A DNA stretch of 64,000 bases. Source: Tetramitus jugosus. Taxonomy: Eukaryota; Protista; Heterolobosea. The stretch lies in assembly GCA_937625935.1 (NCBI GenBank), contig OW569388.1, positions 248,001 through 312,000 on the forward strand, given 5' to 3'. The notes under the pieces were generated by a model. It worked only from the letters and a program-made list of their open reading frames with translations. It searched no databases and was not told the DNA's origin. Below are positions 1-9,074 of this stretch, piece by piece. Every line of letters begins with the position of its first letter. Within the stretch, counting starts at the first letter, position 1. The translations under genes and the position numbers were made by a program.

Positions 1-390
1 GTGAACTACCGGCGAGTATTGATAAACCTCTCCTCCGTACTCCTCAAAATGAACTTTAACTTTTGGTGATTTCTTCTTGGAACTGGACCTTTCTTCTCTC
101 TTACTACTTCGATGTCTGCTGTTGCTTCGATCTGTCGGTGACTCTCTTCCTCTACTCCTGCTCCTGCTTCTACTCCTTTCAGACCGTTCTCTACTCTTGC
201 TTCTTGAAGATCTATGACTCAAAGAAGAAGTATTCAAAAGGGCAGACTCAGTTGAGACATCAGCTTCCTTGGAATGCTGGATGAAGGTGTCCATTTCCTT
301 CAAGAAGTGGTTGGTTTGAGTCGTAACTTCAGCCAAATGCTCAGCCGAGACCAATCGAGAAGATGGAGTCAATTTGGAACTCTCTTTCAT
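1..390 (-). CDS. 5' part of an Arg/Ser-rich hypothetical protein (runs off the left edge)
   Basis: ATG at 390-388 opens a frame with no stop to position 1: MKESSKLTPSSRLVSAEHL...RSSRSKSRERSERSRSRSRSRGRESP. Not listed in the ORF track because it lacks a stop. Confidence 0.7.
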   Translation of the reverse strand, partial: MKESSKLTPSSRLVSAEHLAEVTTQTNHFLKEMDTFIQHSKEADVSTESALLNTSSLSHRSSRSKSRERSERSRSRSRSRGRESPTDRSNSRHRSSKREERSSSKKKSPKVKVHFEEYGGEVYQYSPVVH

Positions 391-680
391 ATTTTCAATC
401 TATTTGAGATTATTTGAGTTTTTGGGCTAGGTCAACATTCAAAAACTAGTTTCTGTTCGTAGCTGTAACGGTCAAGCGGTGATTTTTGTTTTTCGCGACA
501 AAAACTCCGTGATCTTTGTATTTATTTTTTCACATCGAGTTTACAACGACTATTGATAACAAGGATCTCGAGTGAATGGCCAGAGATCCAAGATTTAAAG
601 AAGAGTTGATTCTATGACACAAAACAACCACAAATCAGATAGAAATTAGCATCTCTTGAAAGAACACTTAACTGGACAAC

Positions 681-908
681 ATGGTCGAATTGAATCAATC
701 TGGCGGTATTATCAAGGAAAAGTTTGATGATAGTAAAGCGGAGGAAATTTTCCAAAAGGAAGAAATCACCGAAAACGATTACAACATGGGTCAAATTCTG
801 GATAAGAAGTTGGAACTCAACAGAGGGGACATTAAGACATTCAAGCCATTGGTTGGTCCACAACCGTTGCCAGCTCAAGTAACTGGAGAACCTTTGAAGA
901 AGGAATAA
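681..908 (+). CDS. small hypothetical protein (75 aa)
   Basis: ATG-initiated ORF with protein-like composition, followed by AATAAA at about 936. No recognisable family. Confidence 0.35.
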   Translation: MVELNQSGGIIKEKFDDSKAEEIFQKEEITENDYNMGQILDKKLELNRGDIKTFKPLVGPQPLPAQVTGEPLKKE

Positions 909-1237
909 TTTGAATGTTGTCCCAATATATTTGTTAATAAAACCGCTGTAAATATGGAGTTCTGAGTTTTGCCCCGAATAACGAAATCAATTGAACCCTG
1001 GCATCTGGAAGATCAATGATGGGAGTTTGATCCCCAGATAGCATTTTTACCATTGGATACTTGGTACAATAGAGTGAATTCAATTGAGTAACACTCGTCA
1101 CGACATTAACCATTTCAAGTACAATCATAACGCAACCCAACCAAACCTGCTTCTTTTCGCTGGCTTGTTGAACCTTCACTCAAATTTCTTTTCTCTGGGA
1201 GGAGAAAACAGAAACAGAAACACGAAACCTGCCATAA

Positions 1238-1702
1238 ATGACGATCAGAAAACTTGAACCATCTGAAGATCCACCAAAGGACCTCCTTCTACTTGCCGAT
1301 CCTTCTTGGACCATGATCGAAGATTACCTGAAAAGAGGCGAGTGCTTTGTTTTTGAAGGAGATTCGGACCAAAAAAAGACCATTGTCGGTGTCCATGTTC
1401 TTTTGCCGACACGACCAAAAACAGTTGAACTTGTAAACGTAGCTGTCAAGGAGAGTCATCAAGGACGGGGTATTGGCAAGAAGCTCGTGCTTCATGCGAT
1501 AGAAACTGCAAAGATTAAGGGTTTTAAAACAATTGAGGTTGGTACTGGTAACTCTAGTCTCAGTGCACTGGGTCTCTATCAAAAATGTGGTTTCCGGATG
1601 ACTGGTATCGACAGAGACTTTTTCGTACGACACTATGACGAAGAGATTTGGGAGAATGGTATTCAATGCAGAGATATGGTGCGTATGGGAATGGACTTGT
1701 GA
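1238..1702 (+). CDS. GNAT family N-acetyltransferase, Bacillus YvbK-like
   Basis: LLLLADPS..MIEDYL, NVAV...QGRGIGKKL (acetyl-CoA motif A), VGTGNSS..ALGLYQKCGFR, YDEEIWENGIQCRDMVRM. AATAAA at about 1728. Confidence 0.9.
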   Translation: MTIRKLEPSEDPPKDLLLLADPSWTMIEDYLKRGECFVFEGDSDQKKTIVGVHVLLPTRPKTVELVNVAVKESHQGRGIGKKLVLHAIETAKIKGFKTIEVGTGNSSLSALGLYQKCGFRMTGIDRDFFVRHYDEEIWENGIQCRDMVRMGMDL

Positions 1703-1809
1703 GAGGAAGGTGAGTGCAGGAAATCTCAATAAAAGCATTTTCTAGCAACTCACTTGAGTGTTAACAAATGGTTAATTACCATATGTAATTGTTGTGTATT
1801 GATCATTTT

Positions 1810-2646
1810 TTATTCTGATCTGCTTTCATTGACCCTGCTATTGACTCTTGCTCTCTCCATCCACTGCCCTTTCTCTATACACAATATCTCTATTTGCCTT
1901 TGTTGCTCTTGAATCTCGCTAAGGGCACTCAGATACAGTGCTTCGAAAAGTTTACTCTTTTCTTCTAGTCTGGACAAACGGTCATCTTGCACTTGGGGAT
2001 GTCGGGATGTCTTCAATGTATGCACCAACTTATCAGCAATGTCTAAACGACTGAACGCTGCACAATCAAACAAGCGCGACTTGCCAGTTGGTCCTCGATT
2101 GGTCTGATTGGCTTTTGAATGATCATAGGCCAGACACAATAATTCTATGTCGCTCATGCTTGGGTCAAATATGGCCCCTAGAAGGTCGCGCACCACTTCA
2201 AAACGCTCAGCTTTAATTCGCTTGTCAGCAAATCGAAAGCTGTTAGGTTCACAACCTGCCTCTGTTTCAACATATGACTCCATCCTGCTCAACATATTGA
2301 CTCTATATGCACGATGCTCTTGCCTTGTTATCAGATTTCGCTTGTTCTTCTTGATATACGTGTGCAGTTCCTTGAAAGAGGTGATATCCAGGAGGTTAGT
2401 TTTAGCATTTCGAGGACTCGTTGCTGATGAAGCGAGCTCGGAAGAGAGATAGATATCAAAATCTTCACACTTCGAAATGTAACTATCATCAAAGTCTTCT
2501 TGAATAACCAAGTTGGAATGCTTGGAGGCTCGTGGAACATGACAATTAGTGTTGCTTCTGTTCAGATACTCATCTGGTTGGTCTAGTAGTTCTCCCAACA
2601 CCATTTCTTGCATATCATCTGTCTCTGGGTGATCGTCCTGAGTCAT
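1810..2646 (-). CDS. hypothetical protein with C-terminal coiled coil; paralogue of 3028-3688
   Basis: Intact 278-aa ORF; aligns by eye with the frameshifted neighbour. Confidence 0.7.
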   Translation of the reverse strand: MTQDDHPETDDMQEMVLGELLDQPDEYLNRSNTNCHVPRASKHSNLVIQEDFDDSYISKCEDFDIYLSSELASSATSPRNAKTNLLDITSFKELHTYIKKNKRNLITRQEHRAYRVNMLSRMESYVETEAGCEPNSFRFADKRIKAERFEVVRDLLGAIFDPSMSDIELLCLAYDHSKANQTNRGPTGKSRLFDCAAFSRLDIADKLVHTLKTSRHPQVQDDRLSRLEEKSKLFEALYLSALSEIQEQQRQIEILCIEKGQWMERARVNSRVNESRSE

Positions 2647-3027
2647 GGTCTAGGTATCTTCTTCTTTGTGTGCCAAGGATGTATATTCTGCCTTTGTCAC
2701 CAACAAAAATGCTACGGTCAACCTTGTCAAATTGAACTTTCGTGGTTTGACAATGATGCCACGTCTGACCGCTGACAGTTTTGCGCGTTGTTGTCCCAAA
2801 CGACAGGTAGTCTCCGATCATACACGTATAAACGGTATTCAAATGATCATTCCCGCTTCGGACCGGGTTGTGACATGTCCTTCTAAGTTGTTATTTAACC
2901 CTTGTAATATACGTAAAATATTCAACAGTCATTATGAAGTTCAATAAATGTAACCCAGTTGACCCAAACATTTCGTTAAATTTGCACAAAGACTTTCAAT
3001 TTTGTGACTCACTGACTCACAAGCAAC

Positions 3028-3688
3028 ATGAGTCACCATTACAACAACGGGATCGCGTTAGAAGAGTTTGATATCTTCTTAAACTCTGAGACCACTATTA
3101 CTGATCTCACTGCCCGGGCTCCCAACTCGTTCAGACCACTGAATGAGAACATTAAAACGAACAAGGGCAAGTTGAATGGAGTGAAGACAAAGAATCCCAA
3201 GCTCCGCGCCTTGAGGGTGGATATGCTCTCCAAGCTCGAAGACTATGTGAGCAAAGAGGCTAGTAGAGAAAACACGTTGTATGGTAACATGTGCAACATG
3301 GTTCAGTCCTCTTTTATCAAGAGAAATCGGATGAACACCGTGTACGATCTCCATAACGCTTTGTTGGATCCCCTCACAACGGATACAATGCTCCTAAGGC
3401 TCGCCTACGAGCATTCCAAATCGTGGAATCACAGGATCTTCTTACCTATTCGACAGCCCAATTTTTGACCGGTTCAAGCTAGCAGATATCTTGATGGAAG
3501 CATCAGGCCATGCTGATGAAGAGAGATCATTGGATGACGCTACTCAAGAAGAGAAGGAGGAGGATAAATATCAAGATGCCTTACTGCAAATCAATCGCCT
3601 TATTCTCACTCTGCAAGAGGTGAAGACAGCTCTGAGAATGGGATCAACAGAGTACACTAATACAATCAGGAAAACAAACACACAATAA
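3028..3688 (+). pseudogene. frameshifted paralogue of 1810-2646
   Basis: First frame: FDIFLNSE..RALRVDMLSKLEDYV..LLRLAYEHSK. After a shift near 3420 it continues RGITGSSYLFDSPIFDRFKLADIL, matching RGPTGKSRLFDCAAFSRLDIADKL of the paralogue, and stops at 3688. Confidence 0.7.
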
Positions 3689-3717
3689 AATTGCCCATTG
3701 ATCAGAGCAAAAGGTCG

Positions 3718-3790
3718 TGGAGGCGCCGGGAATCGAACCCAGGACCTCTTCCATGCTAAGGAAGCGCTCTACCAACTGAGCCACGCCCCC
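3718..3790 (-). tRNA. tRNA-Ala(AGC)
   Basis: GGGGGCGTGGCTCAGTTGGTAGAGCGCTTCCTTAGCATGGAAGAGGTCCTGGGTTCGATTCCCGGCGCCTCCA: cloverleaf, anticodon AGC, G3:U70 Ala identity pair, A and B boxes, TTTT a few bases downstream. Confidence 0.97.
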
Positions 3791-3817
3791 GATGTATTAA
3801 TATTCTCAAGAACTTAA

Positions 3818-4104
3818 TCAGCCAGCAAAAGAAAAGACGCTGTAAAGAGGGTAGAAAATGTGATCAACAACACTAAAAGAATGTGCATCAAAGCACTCCA
3901 CACGCTGTTCACTGCCTCAAAGGAACGGTGGAGAGAAACAATGATCAGCACTACAAATGTTAGTCCTCACGGACTTGAAGTCGATAGGGAGTGATACAAT
4001 ACTCTGCACCGTGCCGGTGCAGAGTAGAATCGCTTCTAAAATGTTGTAAAGAATAAAGTGGCAACGCCAGGTTGTATGGAAAAAAAAAAAAAAAAGAAAA
4101 AAAA
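3818..4104 (+). mobile_element. 5'-truncated 3' end of a non-LTR retroelement (copy A)
   Basis: ATG-less open frame (SASKRKDAVKRVENVINNTKRMCIKALHTLF...DRE*, stop 3992-3994), perfect 12-bp hairpin 4000-4026, AATAAA 4052, GCAACG, GTTGTAT, then an A-rich tail 4080-4104. Confidence 0.65.
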
Positions 4105-4154
4105 CCGTATTAGTATTAAAAAAAAAAAAAAATAAATAAAAAACCAAAACGCCG

Positions 4155-5508
4155 ATGAAAAAACGAACACACACCTGTTGTTCGTGAGTATGAGAATCCA
4201 CGCTATGCTGTGTGGAGCACAGCGCCAAGAGGAACTGCGCCAAGCAGCAAGGAGGTCATCATCACTGGAAAGTGCGATGATTCCCCCAAGGCTGCCTTGG
4301 CCAAGGCTTGGATTTTGGTGATTTGCTCACCAGGGTCCAAGTCATCAAGAAGGGCCCCAAGAGGTTTGTTGCGTGGGTAACTGTTGTTGATGACAACATT
4401 TACCCATTTGTTGAATCCTTCAACCGCAACAAGAAGATGAGTGGCTGCAAGGCAGCACTCAAGCACAACGTAGATTGTGCCAAGAAGGTCGTCCTCCACG
4501 GTGTCAAAGGTAAGACGGAGGACGACATCAAGGCCATGCTCGGCACAACAAAGGTCAAGAACGTGCTCAAGAAGCACGACACCGCCTTTGTTGTGATGGA
4601 GTCCGAAACGTATGCCGAAGCTTTGCTTCGAAACGTTCAATCCATGCCAGTGGAGGTGGAAGCAAAGCGCTTCCTTCCACGCCCACGTGATCCTGTCAAG
4701 GCTGTCAGCAAGAGGCTGACCAAGATGTACCAAGAGCTACTGGCTATGGTGGACGATCTGCGCCACCAAGTCAGTGTGTTAAAAGATATGTCTTCCGTCA
4801 ACCGGATTCCCCTCGCATCCAAGGACGCCGGAGCGAATCTCCGAATTCGAACCTTCGACTCCGTCTACGACCGATGATTGGGAGTCGATCATGCCGGAGT
4901 CCCATCCCGCCACTCCAACTACGGTCACCCAAGAGCCAACCAACAACACCATTGATGAGGATGCTCGTAACAGAGCAATCCTCGAACTAGTATTGAACAC
5001 CTCCGAGGTGTTCAAGAAAGTCAAGAAAGAGATTGCTGCCCGAGCAATCATGGTGGACCGTGCAAGAAGCACAGCCACCGAAGAAGATCCAGTTGAGTTG
5101 GATCTCAGTAACCCCGACTGTGAGTTACAGAGTCCCCAACTCAACGAACACAAGAAACGATCAGCACGTGTCACCGTTGGTGACACTGCTGCTAACAAGA
5201 TCCCGGCCAGGTTTCAAGTCAGGTGCTCTCCGTAGGTCCTACCAACTGGACCACGTCCTGGATTACGGAGCCATCTGACATCACCAGTGGTGCTCCAGAT
5301 GGTAGTGGAGGCCCTCGCAATGAGTCCCTGAAGAAGGGATCAAAACAACATTCCAAGAAGAGAATGAATTCTGTTGCGTAGGCCTGCCACTCCACTGGGC
5401 AAGCACCACATCATGTCAGACAATTGAGAGCAGGCAAGCCTGCTCTCACGCAAAAGAAAAATAAAAGTTCCGCAACGTGGTGAGCACCATTTGTTGTATT
5501 AAAAAAAA
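4155..5508 (+). mobile_element. ORF1-only non-autonomous non-LTR element (copy B), degenerate
   Basis: Broken ORF1-like coding region (RRM-like KKVVLHGV..TAFVVMESETYAEALL plus coiled coil; track ORFs 4308-4877 and 4891-5235; ends IPRRE* at 5367), spacer, hairpin 5425-5448, AATAAA 5460, GCAACG, GTTGTATT, A8 tail 5501-5508. Confidence 0.7.
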
Positions 5509-5561
5509 GAAATGAAAAAACGAACACACCCCTGTTGTTCGTGAGTATGAGAACCCACGCT
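4155..5561 (+). repeat. 50-bp direct repeat (4155-4204 / 5512-5561), the shared 5' end of copies B and C
   Basis: atgaaaaaacgaacacacMcctgttgttcgtgagtatgagaaYccacgct, 2 mismatches. Confidence 0.95.
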
Positions 5562-6087
5562 TGACTTGTTGCGTAGGCCTGTCACTCCACTAGGCAAGCC
5601 CCACATCATGAGAGTTGCAAAGGTAGCCGAGAAAGCAGGTGTGTTCAATAACACAGGGTGGTGGTCGCAAAATTAGGGACATCCGGGAGAAGCTATCAAT
5701 CATTAGAGGCGTGATCGACCACGCCAACAGAAAGGATGTACAGTTATTTGCCCCCTAACTGATATCTCCAAAGTTTTCGATAGTGTACCACATAACGCGA
5801 TCACTACTGCATACCGCTTCTTCAATTTCCCAGAGAGTATCATATCTCTCATTCAGAATATGCTCGAGGTAAATGAGGCAACAATTGGAACTCAAGTTAG
5901 GTCTCGCAGAATCTTCATAGATAGGGGCACCTTATCACCAGCTACTTATGTAATAGTGCACCAATTGGCACTGCTTTATGCTGGAATGAGAGCAAAGGGG
6001 TATCGGGCCATGTCCCAAAGGATCTGGAATGTTGCATATGGTGATGATTGTGCCTCTCAGAAAGTCCTAAAGATGAAATTTACCTAA
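5512..6087 (+). mobile_element. internally deleted non-LTR element with reverse transcriptase remnant (copy C)
   Basis: Begins with the same 50 bp as copy B (48/50), then the 44-bp spacer (41/44), then frameshifted RT motifs: AKVAEKAGVFNNT/GGGRKIRDIREKL, TDISKVFDSVPH (5758), RG-TLSP (QG motif deleted), AYGDD (6034-6048). Confidence 0.85.
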
Positions 6088-6127
6088 ATCTCTTCGCAAC
6101 ATGTCGTTAAACTACGAAGACAAAGGA

Positions 6128-6555
6128 TTTTTAATGCAACAAACTGAGCCATTTTGCGGAACTTTTATTTGTGGGTGAGAGGTTTGCCTAGTTGAATGGT
6201 ATTCCTACGCAACAGAATTCATTCTCTTCTTGTAATGTCGGGTTGTAATTTCCTTGCAAGGGTCTCCATTACCATCTGGAACACCATATGTGAGGTCAGA
6301 TCGTTCGGTTCCGTAGTCCTAGTTAGTTGGTAGGACCTAAGGAGAGCACCTGACTTGATACTGGCCAACCTGACCGGGATCTTGTTGGTAGTTGTGTCAT
6401 CAACGGTGATACATGCTGATCTTTTTCTGTGTTCGTTGAGTTGGGGGCTCTGTAACTCGCTGTCTGGGTTACTGAGATTCAACTCAACAGGAACTTCATC
6501 AGTGACTGTCTTCTTGCACGACTCACCATGATTGAATCTTCTTCTTGGCTTTCTA
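6128..6555 (-). mobile_element. inverted, 5'-truncated ORF1-only element (copy D)
   Basis: Reverse complement is similar to about 5014-5505: PVELNLSNPDSELQSPQLNEHRKRSA vs PVELDLSNPDCELQSPQLNEHKKRSA, same RRE* stop, AATAAAAGTTCCGCAA..TTTGTTGCATT-A5 end. Confidence 0.8.
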
Positions 6556-6606
6556 GTAGTTTGAGTACAATAATGACCATGATCATCTTCAAATTGGCTC
6601 AACAGT

Positions 6607-7458
6607 TTATTGCAGAGAATTTGTGAGCTGTTGTGACAATTGTGCAACCGCCACTAGAACTTGATGCATCTTGCTTTGAGCACTTCTATATTCTTGAACA
6701 GTTTGCACAGATTTTGCCGTCTCTTGGTTGATTGCTTTGGTTAACAATTCAAGAGCCTGCTCCACACTTGGTGCCTTCTCTTCATTCACTTTGGCAGAGA
6801 CCAACTCTGATTCACCTGTGATGCTTTCAGTGTTTGTCGTAGCCATAGGAGGAACACAGTCAGCTTTAGAGTCGAGGCGAGCTGAAAGCTCATGATACTG
6901 ACGCTCCAGTAGAGCTAATCTCTGCTTGAGGTCATTCACTTCTTGTGCAAGAAGCTTCTGAATAGGGTCTACCTTTATTTGTTGTGTTGGAGTCACAACT
7001 GTTGCTGAAGCTTCAGATGATGAGAGCAACGACAATGGTGTATTGCCACCACCAGCCAAGAGCAACTGTAAAATTTCTTCATGGCGTTTTTCGCGCGCAA
7101 AATCTGCCGCGGATTTCTTGTGAACGCTCACCAAACTCCGATCGGCGCCATATTGAAGCAAAAGTTTTACGGCGCCCGTGTGACCCTTCTCCGATGACAA
7201 CATGAGTGGAGTCAAATGAAAATCTGTAGTTCGCGCATTGATGTCCTGTGCACTGCCATTATCCAACAAAAATTGAAGGATATCAGTGTTGCCATACACA
7301 CTCGCGTTATGTAGGGCATTTCTGTCATAGCTATAACCAAAAAGATCAGCCTTTTCAACAGCGACCAAACGTTTTACTGTTGCGAAATCTTTTTTGGCAA
7401 TGGCCGAGTGTAGTTGGTCCATTGTAGATGCATTTGCAAATTGGTGAGAAGTGAACAT
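6607..7458 (-). CDS. ankyrin-repeat protein with C-terminal coiled coil
   Basis: NALHNASVYGNTDILQFLLDNG, TPLMLSSEKGHTGAVKLLLQYGAD. Likely start MFTSHQF at 7458 (the track ORF extends to 7641). Confidence 0.85.
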   Translation of the reverse strand: MFTSHQFANASTMDQLHSAIAKKDFATVKRLVAVEKADLFGYSYDRNALHNASVYGNTDILQFLLDNGSAQDINARTTDFHLTPLMLSSEKGHTGAVKLLLQYGADRSLVSVHKKSAADFAREKRHEEILQLLLAGGGNTPLSLLSSSEASATVVTPTQQIKVDPIQKLLAQEVNDLKQRLALLERQYHELSARLDSKADCVPPMATTNTESITGESELVSAKVNEEKAPSVEQALELLTKAINQETAKSVQTVQEYRSAQSKMHQVLVAVAQLSQQLTNSLQ

Positions 7459-7592
7459 TGTTTTTTCTGTTTTTTTGTTTGCAAACGTGTGATTTGTCAA
7501 ATTCCGCCAAATTCGACTACGGAAAACAGAACATTGTATCAGAGCTTTCAAAGTGAAGGAAGGGAAGAGCAAAATCATATGCTTCTGTTTAT

Positions 7593-9074
7593 TCAAAACT
7601 CTGAAATGAAATCTTTTGACATTTTCGTTTGGTTGGAACAAGTGTCTGTGAATTTTTCTCTATAGTCGAAAGAAAGGTATTGCCTCGCAGTCTCCTTGAA
7701 GACATGTCTCCACGTTGGAATTGCTTCTTCTTTGTCAACATGTACCAAGTAGCACTCGGTGATATACTGGGGATGTTCATTCTGAACATATTCAAAGACA
7801 GCTTTTGTAATGACAGACAGACATCGTTTCAATGGATAACCATATATCCCTCCTGATACTGCTGGTATTGCAATGCTTGATAACTTGTGCTTCTCAGCTT
7901 CTTCTAGTGCACTTGTAATCGCTCTTTTGAGCAAGGCATCTTCGTTGGAGCGTCCACCGGACCACACTGGCCCTACGACATTGATTATTTTCTCGCAATT
8001 CCTCAAACGACCTGACTCAGTTGTCATTGCAGCTCCTGTTTTCAAACGTCCGTTTTTGTTGATAAAGACTCTACATTCTCTCTCAAAATCTGGCCCTGCT
8101 GCATCAGAAATGATTCTAGCGATTCCACCCGCGTGGCAAAGCTGTTCATTTGCTGCATTCACAATGCTGTCGACAGCTAACTTGGTAATATCAATGCACT
8201 TCAGATAAATGGAGAATGAGGGGATTGAAGCCTCTGATACGTTGTCAGATTTCCATTGGAGCGAATCCTGCCTCACCCCAACACTGCTCTCCTTTCTATT
8301 GTCATGGATGGTTCTATGTAGATCAGTATGCAAGTTCAAGTGCTCCGAAATCAATTGAACAGCAGAATCGACACTAGATGCACCAACTCCACACAAGCAT
8401 AAAGCTCTATAATTGAAAGAGACGTCAACTTTCAAATCCTTAAATTGTTCCAACAAGAAATTCGATTGCTTGAGCCTTTTCATCTTTTCTTCATTCAAAT
8501 TCAATTGTATGTCTGGAATCATCTGACGAGCAGCATCAACGAATCCATTTAATTCTCTTCCGTTCGAGCTTTCCATTTTAATACACATCTTGTTCTCCTT
8601 AGTTGTGATAAAGCTGTATTTTACAGTGGGCCATTTGAACAGTAATGTGTCGAGTTCTTGTCTCAAGTCATAGTGGAATTGTTCACGGATCTTGAGCCTA
8701 ATTGTTCTCTGAAAAACTAAGTCCTCTTTACAGCTGTCTGGAGTGACATCCTTGCAATCTTCTGTTTCGGGCTCGGAGACAACTCTCTCATTCGGGCTTT
8801 CACCAGGTACAGTCATGTTAATCATGAGATCCAGTTGTAGTACTTTAGTCAGGAAGCCCCGAACAGTTGTTGTCCTTTGTAGACTAGAGGAAACATAAAG
8901 AAAAATGTTGTTATTATGATGGTCAGTGGATATCTCCAGGATATCATCGCTGCTGAGGCAATACTCTTTGAATCTGTCCAATTGGTTTACTTTATCCTGA
9001 GAAATTCGAGCACAAATTATGTGTTGGGTGTTTCCGGAGCTTGTACTTCCATCTGGTGAGTGATTCAAAGTCAT
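7593..9074 (-). CDS. macro-domain (ADP-ribose binding/hydrolase) protein with PARP14/PARP9-like N-terminal region
   Basis: DITKLAVDSIVNAAN..L.HAGGIA, IINVVGPVW, SIAIPAVSGGIYGYP. First in-frame ATG at 9074. Confidence 0.88.
   Translation of the reverse strand: MTLNHSPDGSTSSGNTQHIICARISQDKVNQLDRFKEYCLSSDDILEISTDHHNNNIFLYVSSSLQRTTTVRGFLTKVLQLDLMINMTVPGESPNERVVSEPETEDCKDVTPDSCKEDLVFQRTIRLKIREQFHYDLRQELDTLLFKWPTVKYSFITTKENKMCIKMESSNGRELNGFVDAARQMIPDIQLNLNEEKMKRLKQSNFLLEQFKDLKVDVSFNYRALCLCGVGASSVDSAVQLISEHLNLHTDLHRTIHDNRKESSVGVRQDSLQWKSDNVSEASIPSFSIYLKCIDITKLAVDSIVNAANEQLCHAGGIARIISDAAGPDFERECRVFINKNGRLKTGAAMTTESGRLRNCEKIINVVGPVWSGGRSNEDALLKRAITSALEEAEKHKLSSIAIPAVSGGIYGYPLKRCLSVITKAVFEYVQNEHPQYITECYLVHVDKEEAIPTWRHVFKETARQYLSFDYREKFTDTCSNQTKMSKDFISEF

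Noticed and set aside
576-1179. In-frame stops upstream of ORF 681 suggesting an alternative code, and ORF 934-1179
   Set aside because: Conserved genes here end in TAA, TAG or TGA and read normally in the standard code; no homology supports either reading.
3794-4117. GTATTAATATT / GTATTAGTATT as a target-site duplication of copy A
   Set aside because: Short, AT-rich, with one mismatch, and GTATT-A(n) is also the element's own 3' end motif, so it cannot be distinguished from chance.
5014-6555. Inverted repeats flanking an RT read as a DIRS-like or TIR element
   Set aside because: The RT motifs are non-LTR type (DISKxFDSV, LSP, AYxDD), no tyrosine recombinase or transposase is visible, and each arm has its own A-tail. 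Two opposed insertions explain it better.
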